Below are positions 1 to 9,297 of a stretch of 64,000 nt of DNA, in pieces. The notes under the pieces are model-generated. The model was not told the origin of the DNA, searched no databases, and worked only from the letters and a program-made list of their open reading frames with translations. Source of the DNA: an uncultured Gemmatimonadales bacterium (GTDB lineage Bacteria; Gemmatimonadota; Gemmatimonadetes; Longimicrobiales; Longimicrobiaceae); NCBI GenBank assembly GCA_963716255.1, contig OY970303.1, forward strand, positions 1,984,001 to 2,048,000, given 5' to 3'. Numbering within the stretch: position 1 is the stretch's first letter; each line of letters opens with the position of its first letter. The position numbers and the translations under genes were made by a program.

Positions 1-64
1 CGCACAGTTTCATCGTGCGTTACGGAGCCGAAGCCCGACCCCGGCGCCCGCCGGGGGCACGCCC
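1..64 (-). repeat. Structured intergenic element A, copy 1 (truncated by window edge)
   Basis: ...GTGCGTTACGGAGCCGAAGCCCGACCCCGG..CCGGGGGCACGCCC matches the other 13 copies. Confidence 0.9.
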
Positions 65-111
65 GAACCCGCCGTTCAGAGCCGTTCAGCTCGTCGCAAC
101 CGGATCCGCGG

Positions 112-570
112 CTACAGAACCGTCCGCATCAGCACGCACTGCTCGCCGTGGTGCTCCGCCGGCCCGAGCACGCTCCACCCGAGCCGGCGGTACCACCCCT
201 CGCGGTCGGTGGCGAACAGGTACATCTCGCCGAACCCCATCTCCCGCGCCCGCTGTTCCGCGGCGCGCACCAGCACCTCGCCCACGCCGCGCCCCCGCGC
301 GTCGGTCCGCACGTACATGCCGCCCAGCCAGGGCGTCAGCTCCGGCCGCGAGGCCATCTCCGCGGGGCGCAGGCTCGCCGTGCCCACGGGCGCGCCGCCC
401 TCCAGCGCCACCAGCGCGAGCGGGAGCGTGTCGCGGCCCAGGTGCGTGCGCAGCTTGTCGCGGAACCCCTCCACCGTTCCCCAGGACACCGTGTGCCCCC
501 ACTCGGCGTGGAACCAGTCCGCCAGCACGGGAACGTGCTCCGGGCAGTCGGCCAGGTCGCGGATCTCCAT
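112..570 (-). CDS. GNAT family N-acetyltransferase
   Basis: Acetyl-CoA motif YVRTDARGRGVG and WYRRLGW; abuts the upstream gene. Confidence 0.9.
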   Translation of the reverse strand: MEIRDLADCPEHVPVLADWFHAEWGHTVSWGTVEGFRDKLRTHLGRDTLPLALVALEGGAPVGTASLRPAEMASRPELTPWLGGMYVRTDARGRGVGEVLVRAAEQRAREMGFGEMYLFATDREGWYRRLGWSVLGPAEHHGEQCVLMRTVL

Positions 571-1335
571 CTACTCGTACAGGTCGGACGGGTCGGCGGC
601 GGCGAGCTCCACCAGGAAGCCGGCGATGCGCTCCGCGACCGCGTCCAGGAAGGCACGCCCCTTTTCCGGGGTGGCGGCGGCGGGATCGCCCACGCCGGTG
701 TCGGCGGACACGGCGGTCCAGCGGCGCGGCGTCCACGCCCACCCCTCGCGGAAGGCGGCGATGCGCGGGCGGCGCTCGGCCCCGTCGCCCGCCTCCGCCA
801 GCGGGAGCACCAGCTCCGGGGCCACGTGCATCATCACGCTGGTCTCCAGCTCCCCCGCGTGGTCGCCCGGCTCCGCGAAGAACGGCGCCGCGTCCACGGT
901 CTTCCACCAGTTCACGGCGCACAGCAGCACGCCGGTGCGCGGCTGGAGCTCGCGGATCATCTGCCGGAAGTCGTTTCCGCCGTGCCCGTTCAGCACCACC
1001 AGCCTGCGGATCCCCTGCCCCTCCAGCGAGGCCACCAGGTCCGCCAGCACCGCGGCCTGGGTGCCCGGGTTCAGGTTGAGGCAGAGCGGGATGTCCAGCT
1101 GCCCCGTCTGCACGCCGAAGGGAACGGTGGGGAGCACGACCACCTTCGCACCCGCCTCCCACGCGCGCCGCGCCGCCTCCGCCGCCACGCGGTCGCACTG
1201 GACGACGTCGGTGGCGTAGGGGAGGTGGAAGTTGTGCGCCTCGGTGGCGCCCCAGGGGAGCACGGCGACCTCGAAGGCGGTGCCGCGCACCGCCTTCCAG
1301 CTGGTCTCCGCGAGGATGTACGGGCGTCCCGCCAT
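571..1335 (-). CDS. Creatininase family amidohydrolase
   Basis: LPWGATEAH, D, NGHGGN and HAGELETS metal motifs; start reassigned to ATG 1335. Confidence 0.9.
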   Translation of the reverse strand: MAGRPYILAETSWKAVRGTAFEVAVLPWGATEAHNFHLPYATDVVQCDRVAAEAARRAWEAGAKVVVLPTVPFGVQTGQLDIPLCLNLNPGTQAAVLADLVASLEGQGIRRLVVLNGHGGNDFRQMIRELQPRTGVLLCAVNWWKTVDAAPFFAEPGDHAGELETSVMMHVAPELVLPLAEAGDGAERRPRIAAFREGWAWTPRRWTAVSADTGVGDPAAATPEKGRAFLDAVAERIAGFLVELAAADPSDLYE

Positions 1336-1429
1336 TCGCCTGCGCCTCGGAGGTGGGAGGGTCCACGAACCGGCCGCCGGGCCGGTGGGCGGCAAGTTAC
1401 CACGCCCTCCCGGCCGGCTCCAGCCCCGG

Positions 1430-2785
1430 TCAGGGGGGCGGCGCGGCGAGCTGCGGCGCCTGCCAGGGCTCCAGGCGGCGGTGCACGCGGCCGCCGCGGA
1501 CCACGTACTCCACCGTCTGCGTGTTGCGGATGTCCGCGGCCGGGTCCGCGCGCAGCACCACTAGGTCGGCGAGCCTGCCCACCGCCACCGTCCCCAGCGA
1601 GTCCTGCGCCCCCAGCGCCCGGGCGCCCGCCTGGGTGGCGGCGCGGATGGCCTCCAGCGGCGCGAGCCCCGCCCGCTTCACCAGCATCTGCATCTCCGAG
1701 TGGATGTTGGGCGTTTCCATCCCCAGCGCGTCGGTCCCGGCCACGATGGGGATGCCCAGCGCGTGCGCGCGCCGGGTGACGTCGGCGGCCCAGGCCAGCA
1801 GGCTGTCGGTCCGCGCGCGGTCGGCGCCCCCGGCGCGCGCCGCGCCCAGCGCCATCACCAGCAGCGTGGGCTCCAGCAGGGTCCCGCGCCGGCGCATGGA
1901 ATCCAGCAGCGCGCCGATGGGAGCCGACGCGGCGGGCGCCTCGCGCAGGAGACGGCTCCGCACGGCGCGGCTCCCGATGCTGTCGCCGGCCCGGGCGGCG
2001 GCCCAGACGAGCTGGTCGGCGTGGCTCACCACGTCGACCCCGGCGGCGGCGACCTCCCCCGGCCGCGCGGGAGGCACCACCGCGTGGCTCCACGCCCGCA
2101 GTCCCCGCCGGTGCGCCGCGGCCGCGAGCGCCGCCAGGCGGTCCGCCGGCACGTCGGAGTACACCTTGATGCCGGTGGCCCCCAGCCGGCGCGCCTCCTC
2201 GGCGATCGCCTCCACCTGGCCGTCGGCCGCGAGCATCCTCACCCCCGGCGCGCCGCCGGGCGGCGAGCCCCCGGACCAGTAGCGGATGCGCGCCGAGTCG
2301 TAGGTGGCGAACCACCCCGGCCCCGCCACCACGGCGGAAAAGAAGATGCGCGGCGACTCCGCCGTGTCGCGGCGCGCCTCCGCGGCGAGCGCGGCCACGA
2401 TCCCGGGGTTGCCGCCCATGTCGCGCACCGCCGTCACCCCGCCGAGCAGCGCGTAGCGGAGGAGCGCGCGCTGCATGCCGCCGCGGTCGAAGGTGGCGAG
2501 GTGCGCGTGCGAGTCGATGAGCCCCGGGATCACGTACATCCCCCGCAGGTCGAGCACCGTCGCCCCGGCGGGGAGGGCCCGGCTCCCGGCCGGAAAGATC
2601 TCCGCGATGCGCCGCCCGCGGACCACGAGCGTCGTGTTGGGCCGCGGGGCCGCGCCGGTTCCGTCCACCACGGTGGCTCCCGCGAGCACCAGCACCGCCT
2701 CCGGCGGCGCCGGACGCGACTCGGCGCCCGCGCAGGCGGAGAGCAAAGCCGCGGCGATCAGGAACGGGAGACGGCGGAGGCGCAT
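1430..2785 (-). CDS. Amidohydrolase family lipoprotein
   Basis: PGLIDSHAH, AGTD, GRLADLVVL; lipobox LLSAC after ATG 2785. Confidence 0.88.
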   Translation of the reverse strand: MRLRRLPFLIAAALLSACAGAESRPAPPEAVLVLAGATVVDGTGAAPRPNTTLVVRGRRIAEIFPAGSRALPAGATVLDLRGMYVIPGLIDSHAHLATFDRGGMQRALLRYALLGGVTAVRDMGGNPGIVAALAAEARRDTAESPRIFFSAVVAGPGWFATYDSARIRYWSGGSPPGGAPGVRMLAADGQVEAIAEEARRLGATGIKVYSDVPADRLAALAAAAHRRGLRAWSHAVVPPARPGEVAAAGVDVVSHADQLVWAAARAGDSIGSRAVRSRLLREAPAASAPIGALLDSMRRRGTLLEPTLLVMALGAARAGGADRARTDSLLAWAADVTRRAHALGIPIVAGTDALGMETPNIHSEMQMLVKRAGLAPLEAIRAATQAGARALGAQDSLGTVAVGRLADLVVLRADPAADIRNTQTVEYVVRGGRVHRRLEPWQAPQLAAPPP

Positions 2786-2920
2786 GGGCGGGCCGGGAGC
2801 GGAGGAGACAAGGAGCACCCTGCGGAAGGATGGCGCGGGGAACGGACGTGCGAAAGTGCGGGAGTGCGAAGTACGTGAACAGCGCCCTCCTCGCGGCTGC
2901 CTTGAAGCCGGCCGACAGAG

Positions 2921-3042
2921 CCCCCCATCCCCCCGGCCCCCTTCCCCCGCAAGCGAGGGAAGGGGGAGCACGACTGATCGGTGCAGTTCTCCCCTCCCTC
3001 GCTTGCGGGGAAGGGGTGGCGCGCAGCGCCGGGGGGGGGGCC
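2921..3042. repeat. REP-like GC hairpin module B (CCCCTyCC...GGrAGGGG type), inverted pair
   Basis: CCCCTTCCCCCGCAAGCGAGGGAAGGGGGAG followed by its near reverse complement, just before element A copy 2. Confidence 0.6.
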
Positions 3043-3064
3043 CGCGGACGCCAGCGCGAGCCCC

Positions 3065-3197
3065 GCGTGAGGGATTTCGGCCCGAAGGGGCGAGACCCGG
3101 CGGGGCTGTTTCCGCCGGGTCTCGACTCCGTTACGCACAGTTTTATCGTGCGTTACGGAGCCGAAGCCCGACCCCGGCGCCAGCCGGGGGCACGCCC
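3065..3197 (-). repeat. Structured element A, copy 2
   Basis: Full GCGTGAGGGAT...GGCACGCCC core, about 20 nt past the doxX-like stop. Confidence 0.95.
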
Positions 3198-3218
3198 GAA
3201 CCCGCCGTCCAAAGCCGT

Positions 3219-3746
3219 TCAGTCCCCTCCGCCCGCCAGCGCCCGGTCCGCCGACGCCGACCCGCCGCCCAGCACCATCACCGCCACCGAAATCCCCAGC
3301 GCCAGCAGGTGGTACTCGATCCCCTCCCCCGGCTGGCTGCCGAACCAGTTCATGAAGAACCCGTTGGCCGCGTGCACCATCAGCATGGACACCGCCATGA
3401 CGCTCGCCACCCCGAACGCCGCCACCCGCGTGAGCAGCCCCGTCGCCAGCCCGATGGGCCCCAGGAACTCCGCAGCGATCGCCAGGGCGCCGAAGAGCGC
3501 CGGGATCCCCATGGAGCCGAAGAACCCCATGGTCCCCTCGATCCCGTAGCCGCCGAACCAGCCGAGCGCCTTCTGCGCCCCGTGCGGAAAGATCACCGCC
3601 GCCAGCGTCAGCCGCAGCAGCACCGGCGCCAGTCCCGCGTCCGTCCGCATGACCGCGCGCAGCGCCGCCGGAAGCCGGCTCCCTTCCGCCGCCCGCGCGT
3701 GCGCCGGCGCCTTCGCCATCCCCGTGATCGTCGCCTGCTGGCTCAT
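3219..3746 (-). CDS. DoxX family membrane protein
   Basis: LRLTLAAVIFPHGAQK, EFLG, GFFMNW, GIEYHLL; GAGGGGGG upstream of ATG. Confidence 0.9.
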   Translation of the reverse strand: MSQQATITGMAKAPAHARAAEGSRLPAALRAVMRTDAGLAPVLLRLTLAAVIFPHGAQKALGWFGGYGIEGTMGFFGSMGIPALFGALAIAAEFLGPIGLATGLLTRVAAFGVASVMAVSMLMVHAANGFFMNWFGSQPGEGIEYHLLALGISVAVMVLGGGSASADRALAGGGD

Positions 3747-3789
3747 CGTACCCCCCCTCGTGGTGATGGGCACAGCGCCCAATGAATGC

Positions 3790-3808
3790 CTGATCAATGG
3801 TTGATCAG
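3790..3808. promoter_or_regulatory. Candidate MarR operator upstream of doxX-like gene
   Basis: Perfect inverted repeat CTGATCAA-TGG-TTGATCAG in an AT-rich patch. Confidence 0.5.
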
Positions 3809-3830
3809 ACATGTAAAACCACAATTTTTT

Positions 3831-4307
3831 TTAGCCCAGTCCGGCACGGACGCGGTCCAGCAGCTCGATCAGCCGCTCCGTTTCCGCGTCGTCCAGCATG
3901 GCGAGGGCATCGGTGTCCTCGCCGTTCACCGTCTCGTCCATGCGCGCCAGCAGCTCCAGCCCCGCCGGCGTGATGGTGACCAGCACCTGCCGCCGGTCCT
4001 CGGCGCAACGCTCGCGCGCCACCCAGCCCTTGGCCTCGATCCGGTCCAGCAGCCGGGTCACGCCCGGCGCCTGCTCCACCATGCGCTCCCCGATCTCCAG
4101 CGTGGGCAGCGGACCCCCGGCGCCGCGCAGGATGCGCAGCACGTTGAACTGCTGGAGCGTCACCCCGTAGCGCTCCACCACCGCCGAGACGCGCCGCCGG
4201 ATCAGGTCCGCCGTGCGCAGAACGCCCAGCGTCGCCTCCTGGTGGAGCGACCCGAACGGGCGGTTCTGCCGGATCTCGCGCTGGAGCGCACTGGTCTCGC
4301 GTGCCAT
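3831..4307 (-). CDS. MarR family transcriptional regulator
   Basis: TLQQFNVLRIL, VTRLLDRIEAKGWV, DRRQVLVTIT winged helix. Confidence 0.93.
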   Translation of the reverse strand: MARETSALQREIRQNRPFGSLHQEATLGVLRTADLIRRRVSAVVERYGVTLQQFNVLRILRGAGGPLPTLEIGERMVEQAPGVTRLLDRIEAKGWVARERCAEDRRQVLVTITPAGLELLARMDETVNGEDTDALAMLDDAETERLIELLDRVRAGLG

Positions 4308-4314
4308 GGCAGAT

Positions 4315-4343
4315 AGTATACCCTACATCAAATGACTAGTCAA
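4315..4343 (-). promoter_or_regulatory. Sigma70-type promoter of marR-like gene, probably leaderless
   Basis: TTGACT-N17-TATACT, 7 nt before ATG; palindrome TGACTAGTCA overlaps the -35. Confidence 0.7.
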
Positions 4344-4378
4344 GTATTTCGTGAAGGACGATGGGGAGCTGCGGGTTC

Positions 4379-4524
4379 GGGCATGCCCCCCCGCGGGGCG
4401 CGGGGGTCGGGCTGCGGCTCCGTAAGCCCGCAAACAACGCGGGCTAACGGAGTCGAGCCCGCGCCAGTACCTCTGAACTGAGGTGCCGCGCGGTCTCGCC
4501 CCTTCGGGCCGACATCCCTCATGC
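4379..4524 (+). repeat. Structured element A, copy 3 (GCATG/CATGC subtype, extended hairpin)
   Basis: GGGCATG...CCCTCATGC with an extra GTACCTC/GAGGTGC stem inserted in one loop. Confidence 0.9.
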
Positions 4525-4566
4525 GGCCCCCTCCCCCCACCCGGAACCGGCAGACGGTGGCGGCCC

Positions 4567-4908
4567 TCAGGTCTCCGGGCGAGAGCGCGCCCGCCTTCCC
4601 TTCCACCCGAACTCCTTCAGCGACACCCTTCCCCGCGCGTCGAACTCCACCCCCTCGTGCTCCAGCCGGATGCGCTGCGTCACCGCGCCGCCGGAGTGCG
4701 GGCCGCGGGCGCTGACGGCGCCCTGCGCGTTGATCACCCGGTGCCAGGGAACGGTGCTGCTCTCCGACATGGCGGCGAGCGCGTAGCCCACCTGTCGGGC
4801 GTGGCCGGGGAGGCCCGCCAGCTCGGCCACCTGGCCGTAGGTGGCCACCCGCCCCTTCGGGATCCGCCGCACCACCGCGTAGATCCGCTCGTAGTCTCCC
4901 TCCGGCAT
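4567..4908 (-). CDS. Alkyltransferase-like (ATL/MGMT family) DNA-binding protein
   Basis: IPKGRVATYGQVA, ARQVG, PWHRV (Trp replaces the catalytic Cys). Confidence 0.92.
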   Translation of the reverse strand: MPEGDYERIYAVVRRIPKGRVATYGQVAELAGLPGHARQVGYALAAMSESSTVPWHRVINAQGAVSARGPHSGGAVTQRIRLEHEGVEFDARGRVSLKEFGWKGRRARSRPET

Positions 4909-4927
4909 GCGCGCCTCCTGGCGGCGG

Positions 4928-6547
4928 TCAGGGCACCGCGTCGCGGGTCCGCAGGACGGGGTACGCCCGGACGTCCTCGAGCGCTTCGTCCAGCAGCCCC
5001 CAGTTGGCGAAGCCGTCGTCCGAGCGCGGCTCCAGCAGGACGAAGGCGAGGCGGCCCAGCGGCTGGTCCACCGGCACCACCAGCGTCCCGGCCGGCACCT
5101 CGCGCTCCGCCGCGGGCGCGTACCGCCCGAAGAGGGTTCGCTCGCGGTGCCCCTGGAAGGGCTGCGGCGCCGCCTGCGCCGAATCGATGCGGAACTCCTC
5201 CACCCGCACCCGCAGCGGCCGCTCCAGCGCGCGGAAGCGCACCCCGTGCGCGCCCAGCCGCTCCACCACCGCGGTCAGCGAGGGCGGCACCAGGTAGGCC
5301 CGGGGGGCGCGGTCCGTTTCCGTGGCCTCGAAGGTCCCGTACTCCGCCATCCGCTCGGGCCGCTTCACATCCAGGCGGCGCATCATCGGCTCGCCGGTGT
5401 AGGGGTTCCGCTCCTCGCGCACCGCGCCCATCAGGATCTCCACCGGGCGCGGCCCTCGCAGCGTCCTCGCCCGCAGCGCCAGCGTCTCCCCAACCACACT
5501 TGCGCGGTCCGCGGCCTCCGTCGCCCGGCGGATGCGGCCGGCGTTCGCCCCGGCGTAGTCCAGCACCTCCTCCACGAAGCGCCGCGTGGTCTCGATGCGC
5601 TCCCGGAAGGTCAGGTAGGCGTACGCCTCGCTCAGGATCCCGAAGCGACCCCGCAGCCCCGCGTAGTTGTTGCCGAAGCGCGGGCGGTGGTCGAAGGTGT
5701 ACCAGCCGCGCTCCGCCCCCGGCGCCGCCGCCCAGGTCGACTCCGGGCTGGGGACGTTGCCGTAGTAGTACGCGTCCCAGCCGTCGCGCGCCTTCAGGCC
5801 GCGCGTCACCGCGGGGAGCCAGTCGCCGCGCAGCAGCTCCGTGATGGCGGCCGGGGTCGCCGGGTGCAGCGGGGGCGCGTAGGTGAGGTGGTAGGCGTGG
5901 TACGTCCCGTTGGTGGTGTGCAGGTCCACCAGCACGTGCGGGTCGTAGCGGTTCACCATCTCCAGCAGCGAGTGCGCCTCCGGCGAGTCCAGCTTGGTGT
6001 GGTCGCGGTTCAGGTCCAGCCCCTGCGCGTTGGGGCGCTGCCCCATCCCGCCCACGGGCCCGTGCTGGTGCGGGCGGTTCACCAGGCTCACTCGCTCGTT
6101 GCCGTCCGCGTTGTAGATGGGGGCGACGAGCAGCACCAGCGAGTCCGCCCAGCCGCGGTGCTCCCCGTTCACCAGGTCGCGCAGCAGCACCAGCGTGGCC
6201 TCCTTCCCCTCCACCTCCCCGGCGTGGATGTTCCCCTGCACGTACACCCGCGTCCGCCCGGTCGCGCGCACCGCCTCCGGGCTCGCATCCGGCACCCGCC
6301 CCCACACCGCGAGCGGCAGGGGGCGCCCCTCCAGGCTGTAGCCCATCGTCGTCAGGTGAAGCATCTCCGGGGCGGCCCGCTGGGCCGCCTCCAGGAAGGC
6401 CACCACCTCGTCGTAGCGGCTGGTCTCGCGGTAGTCCGTGCGCTCCGGGCGCGTCCGCAGGGTGAAGGGGCCGCCCTGCGCCCCCGCGGCGGAGGCGGCC
6501 AGGAGCGGGAGCGCGGCGGCGAGCGCCAGGGTGCGGAGTGCGGGCAT
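4928..6547 (-). CDS. Secreted M14 family zinc carboxypeptidase
   Basis: Signal peptide; HAGE, NADG, DLNRD, DLH motifs. Confidence 0.88.
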   Translation of the reverse strand: MPALRTLALAAALPLLAASAAGAQGGPFTLRTRPERTDYRETSRYDEVVAFLEAAQRAAPEMLHLTTMGYSLEGRPLPLAVWGRVPDASPEAVRATGRTRVYVQGNIHAGEVEGKEATLVLLRDLVNGEHRGWADSLVLLVAPIYNADGNERVSLVNRPHQHGPVGGMGQRPNAQGLDLNRDHTKLDSPEAHSLLEMVNRYDPHVLVDLHTTNGTYHAYHLTYAPPLHPATPAAITELLRGDWLPAVTRGLKARDGWDAYYYGNVPSPESTWAAAPGAERGWYTFDHRPRFGNNYAGLRGRFGILSEAYAYLTFRERIETTRRFVEEVLDYAGANAGRIRRATEAADRASVVGETLALRARTLRGPRPVEILMGAVREERNPYTGEPMMRRLDVKRPERMAEYGTFEATETDRAPRAYLVPPSLTAVVERLGAHGVRFRALERPLRVRVEEFRIDSAQAAPQPFQGHRERTLFGRYAPAAEREVPAGTLVVPVDQPLGRLAFVLLEPRSDDGFANWGLLDEALEDVRAYPVLRTRDAVP

Positions 6548-6754
6548 CGGCGTCCGGGTGCGTGCGGGGTGAGGCGGCGCGCCGAGCGGCGGCGCCCCCC
6601 GGAAACGTAGCCGTTTCGCCGCGAGCTGCAACCGGGCGCGCCGCCCCACTCCCGGCTTGCGTGCGGCAGCGCTCTCTCTTAGTGTATACAGTGTAAACCA
6701 AACGATTTTGGACAGAATGGACAAGACCGGGAAGAGCCCGGCGAGCCCGACCAC

Positions 6755-7192
6755 GTGTCGTTCAGCGCGGCTCGTGGGTGGCTCATCGTCCGCCACAACG
6801 ACACCCCGTACCGCGACCTCGCCGACGAGATCGGCATCAGCAAGAGCTCGGTCGAGAAGCTGGTGAACGAGGACAGGGCCCCAAAAGGCAACCTGTCCAA
6901 GCTGGTCCGCTGGTACCTCAAGGACCGCCGAGCCCGCTACGGTTCCTTGCCGGACGACGAGTACATGGAGGTCGCGGTCCTGGACAGCCTCCGCAACCTG
7001 GCCGAGGCAGACCGGCCGGAGGCGCTCCGCCAGACCTTGGAGCACTACGAGCGGCTGCACGACTCGCGCAGGGCTCCCCGCCCCGAATGGCTGGTGCGGC
7101 TGCGCGCCGTGGTGGACCGCGGCCCGGGCGGCGATCCCCCCGCCCCCGGCGTGGAGTACCCCGTCCGCCCCCGCGCGCGGAAGGGCGCCTGA
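6755..7192 (+). CDS. Xre/Cro-like HTH protein
   Basis: YRDLADEIGISKSSVEKLV helix-turn-helix; GTG is the only in-frame start before the HTH. Confidence 0.7.
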   Translation: MSFSAARGWLIVRHNDTPYRDLADEIGISKSSVEKLVNEDRAPKGNLSKLVRWYLKDRRARYGSLPDDEYMEVAVLDSLRNLAEADRPEALRQTLEHYERLHDSRRAPRPEWLVRLRAVVDRGPGGDPPAPGVEYPVRPRARKGA

Positions 7193-7316
7193 CCCGCGGC
7201 TGCCGTGCGCGAACGGCGCGGCACCTTGCCCCGCGGTGGGCGGGCCCCTAATCTTTCCAGTGTACTCCTAGAAAAAGTAAACAGAGCATACGCCGCGGCG
7301 GGCCCTCCGTGACGGG

Positions 7317-7727
7317 ATGGTCCCGTTGACCCGGCGCCGCGAGCTGCCCAGCACGGAGCAGATCCGCCAGACGGCGGAGCTGCGCGTGCAGGAGACCTCG
7401 CTGCGCCAGGTGGCGTACCGCATCGGCCTCAGCCCCATGGGGCTCAAGAAGTTCCTGGACGGCGCGTCGCCGTACGAGGTCAACCGGCGCAAGCTGGCGG
7501 ACTGGTACGTGCGCGAGCAGGGGCGGCGCACCGTCCCCGCGCCCGATCCCGCCGTGCCCGTCATCGCGCTCGGGGTGGTGCTGCGGGACCTTCCCACGCC
7601 GCTTCGCCGGGAGTCTGTGGAGCCCATGGTGCAGCTGCTGGAATCATTCTACGGGCGCTCGCAGGCGCCGCGCCCCGCCTGGCTGGACGGGCTGCGCGAG
7701 AAGCTGGCCCGGGAGCTGGAGAAGTGA
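7317..7727 (+). CDS. Xre/Cro-like HTH protein, paralogue of preceding gene
   Basis: SLRQVAYRIGLSPMGLKKFL; shares KL..WY and APRP.WL with the 6755 ORF. Confidence 0.72.
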   Translation: MVPLTRRRELPSTEQIRQTAELRVQETSLRQVAYRIGLSPMGLKKFLDGASPYEVNRRKLADWYVREQGRRTVPAPDPAVPVIALGVVLRDLPTPLRRESVEPMVQLLESFYGRSQAPRPAWLDGLREKLARELEK

Positions 7728-7796
7728 GATAGGGCGCCGGATCCCTCCGGTGGCCCCGCAGCCTGCACGACGACCCTTCCCCGCGCCGCCGAGCCC

Positions 7797-8669
7797 CTAT
7801 GACGGCCGCAGCCCCGTCAGCTCCTCGCTGATCCGCCACAGCCTGCGCGCCGCGTCGTCGTCCAGCGCCGCGGCCGAGGGCCGCATCTCCCCCTCGTCGC
7901 GGAAGTACCGGCCCGTGACCCCGGACAGCTCCGGCGCGGAGGCGAGCCGGACCACCACCCGCGCCCCCTCCTCCGGCGTCCGCATGAAGCGCCTGAAGAG
8001 GCGCAGCGGCCCCCATCCGCCGAAGAGCAGCTCCGTGCCCACCACGCCGGGGTGCGCCGCGTTCGCGGTGACGCCCGTCCCCGCCGTGCGCCGGGCCAGC
8101 TCCCGCGTGAACAGAAGGTTGGCGAGCTTTGCCGTGCGGTAGGCGCGCAGGCCGCGGTAGCGCCGCTCACCCTGGAGGTTGTCCCACTCCAGCGGCATCC
8201 CCCGGTGCGCCTCCGAGCTCACCGTCACCACCCGCGCGGGCGCGCTCCGCTCCAGCAGGTCCAGGAGCAGGCCGGTGAGCAGAAAGGGCGCGAGGTGGTT
8301 GACGGCGAACTGCATCTCGATCCCGTCCGGCGACAGCATCCGCCGGCGCGAGTACACCGCCGCGTTGTTCACCAGCACGTCCAGCCGCCCGTAACGATCC
8401 CGGACCTCCCCCGCGAGCCGGCGCACCTCCGCCCGGACGGACAGGTCCGCGACAAACAGGTCGACCGCCGCGCTCCCGCTCCCGCGGACCACCTCCGCGC
8501 GGGCCGCCTCCCCGCGCTCGCGGCTGCGGGACACCATCCCCACCCGCGCGCCCATCCGGGCAAGTGCCAGCGCCGTCGCCCTGCCGATCCCGGCGCTCGC
8601 CCCGGTGACCACGCACACCTTCCCCGCCATGCGCCCGCTCTCGTCCGCCACGCCACGCCTCCCGTCCAT
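7797..8669 (-). CDS. Short-chain dehydrogenase/reductase
   Basis: TGASAGIG, NNA, YRTAK; start 8669 or 8630. Confidence 0.92.
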   Translation of the reverse strand: MDGRRGVADESGRMAGKVCVVTGASAGIGRATALALARMGARVGMVSRSRERGEAARAEVVRGSGSAAVDLFVADLSVRAEVRRLAGEVRDRYGRLDVLVNNAAVYSRRRMLSPDGIEMQFAVNHLAPFLLTGLLLDLLERSAPARVVTVSSEAHRGMPLEWDNLQGERRYRGLRAYRTAKLANLLFTRELARRTAGTGVTANAAHPGVVGTELLFGGWGPLRLFRRFMRTPEEGARVVVRLASAPELSGVTGRYFRDEGEMRPSAAALDDDAARRLWRISEELTGLRPS

Positions 8670-8680
8670 GCGTTTCCCCG

Positions 8681-9163
8681 TCAGCCGAGCGCCTTGCGCA
8701 GCAGGGCGACCTGCGCCGCGTGGGCCGCGTCGTGCTGCGCCAGCCCGTGCAGCAGGACGTAGAAGGTGACGCCGCTCCCCAGCGGCCGGTCGCGCGCGTC
8801 GCCCAGGGTGGCATCCAGCCGCTCCGGCGGCATGCGCCGCACCGCGTCCACCAGCTCCCCGTGCGCCACGTCCAGTTCCGCCAGCGCAGCCTCCCAGCGC
8901 GCCCGGGTGGGCTCGCCGGGCTCGGGCCAGTCCGCCGGCTCCGGCTCGCGCGCCTCGCCCGTCCGAACCCGCCGCGTCACCTCGCGGGTCCACGCCGCCG
9001 CGTGCAGCGCGATCTCCCACACCGTGTGCGCCCGCTCCAGGGGCCGGCGCGACGCCTGCTCCGCGGTAATCCCCCGCAGCGCCTCCCGCAGCGGCGTCCC
9101 CCACCAGGCGTCGCCCCCGTACGCCCGCTCCAGCTGGTCCGCGATCCTCTCCGTCTCCGTCAT
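8681..9163 (-). CDS. DinB/YfiT-like superfamily protein
   Basis: HTVWEIALH and QHDAAH metal-triad pattern. Confidence 0.85.
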   Translation of the reverse strand: MTETERIADQLERAYGGDAWWGTPLREALRGITAEQASRRPLERAHTVWEIALHAAAWTREVTRRVRTGEAREPEPADWPEPGEPTRARWEAALAELDVAHGELVDAVRRMPPERLDATLGDARDRPLGSGVTFYVLLHGLAQHDAAHAAQVALLRKALG

Positions 9164-9297
9164 GGCTGCCTCCGTTCAGCATAGATCGTCCTGATTCTAC
9201 GCCGGCGCCGCCCGCGCCTGCCAGCGGCGGAGACGCGAGGGGGGTGGGAGAGTTCGCTCTCCCACCCCCCTCGACCGCCGCTGATGCCGTGCCGCGG

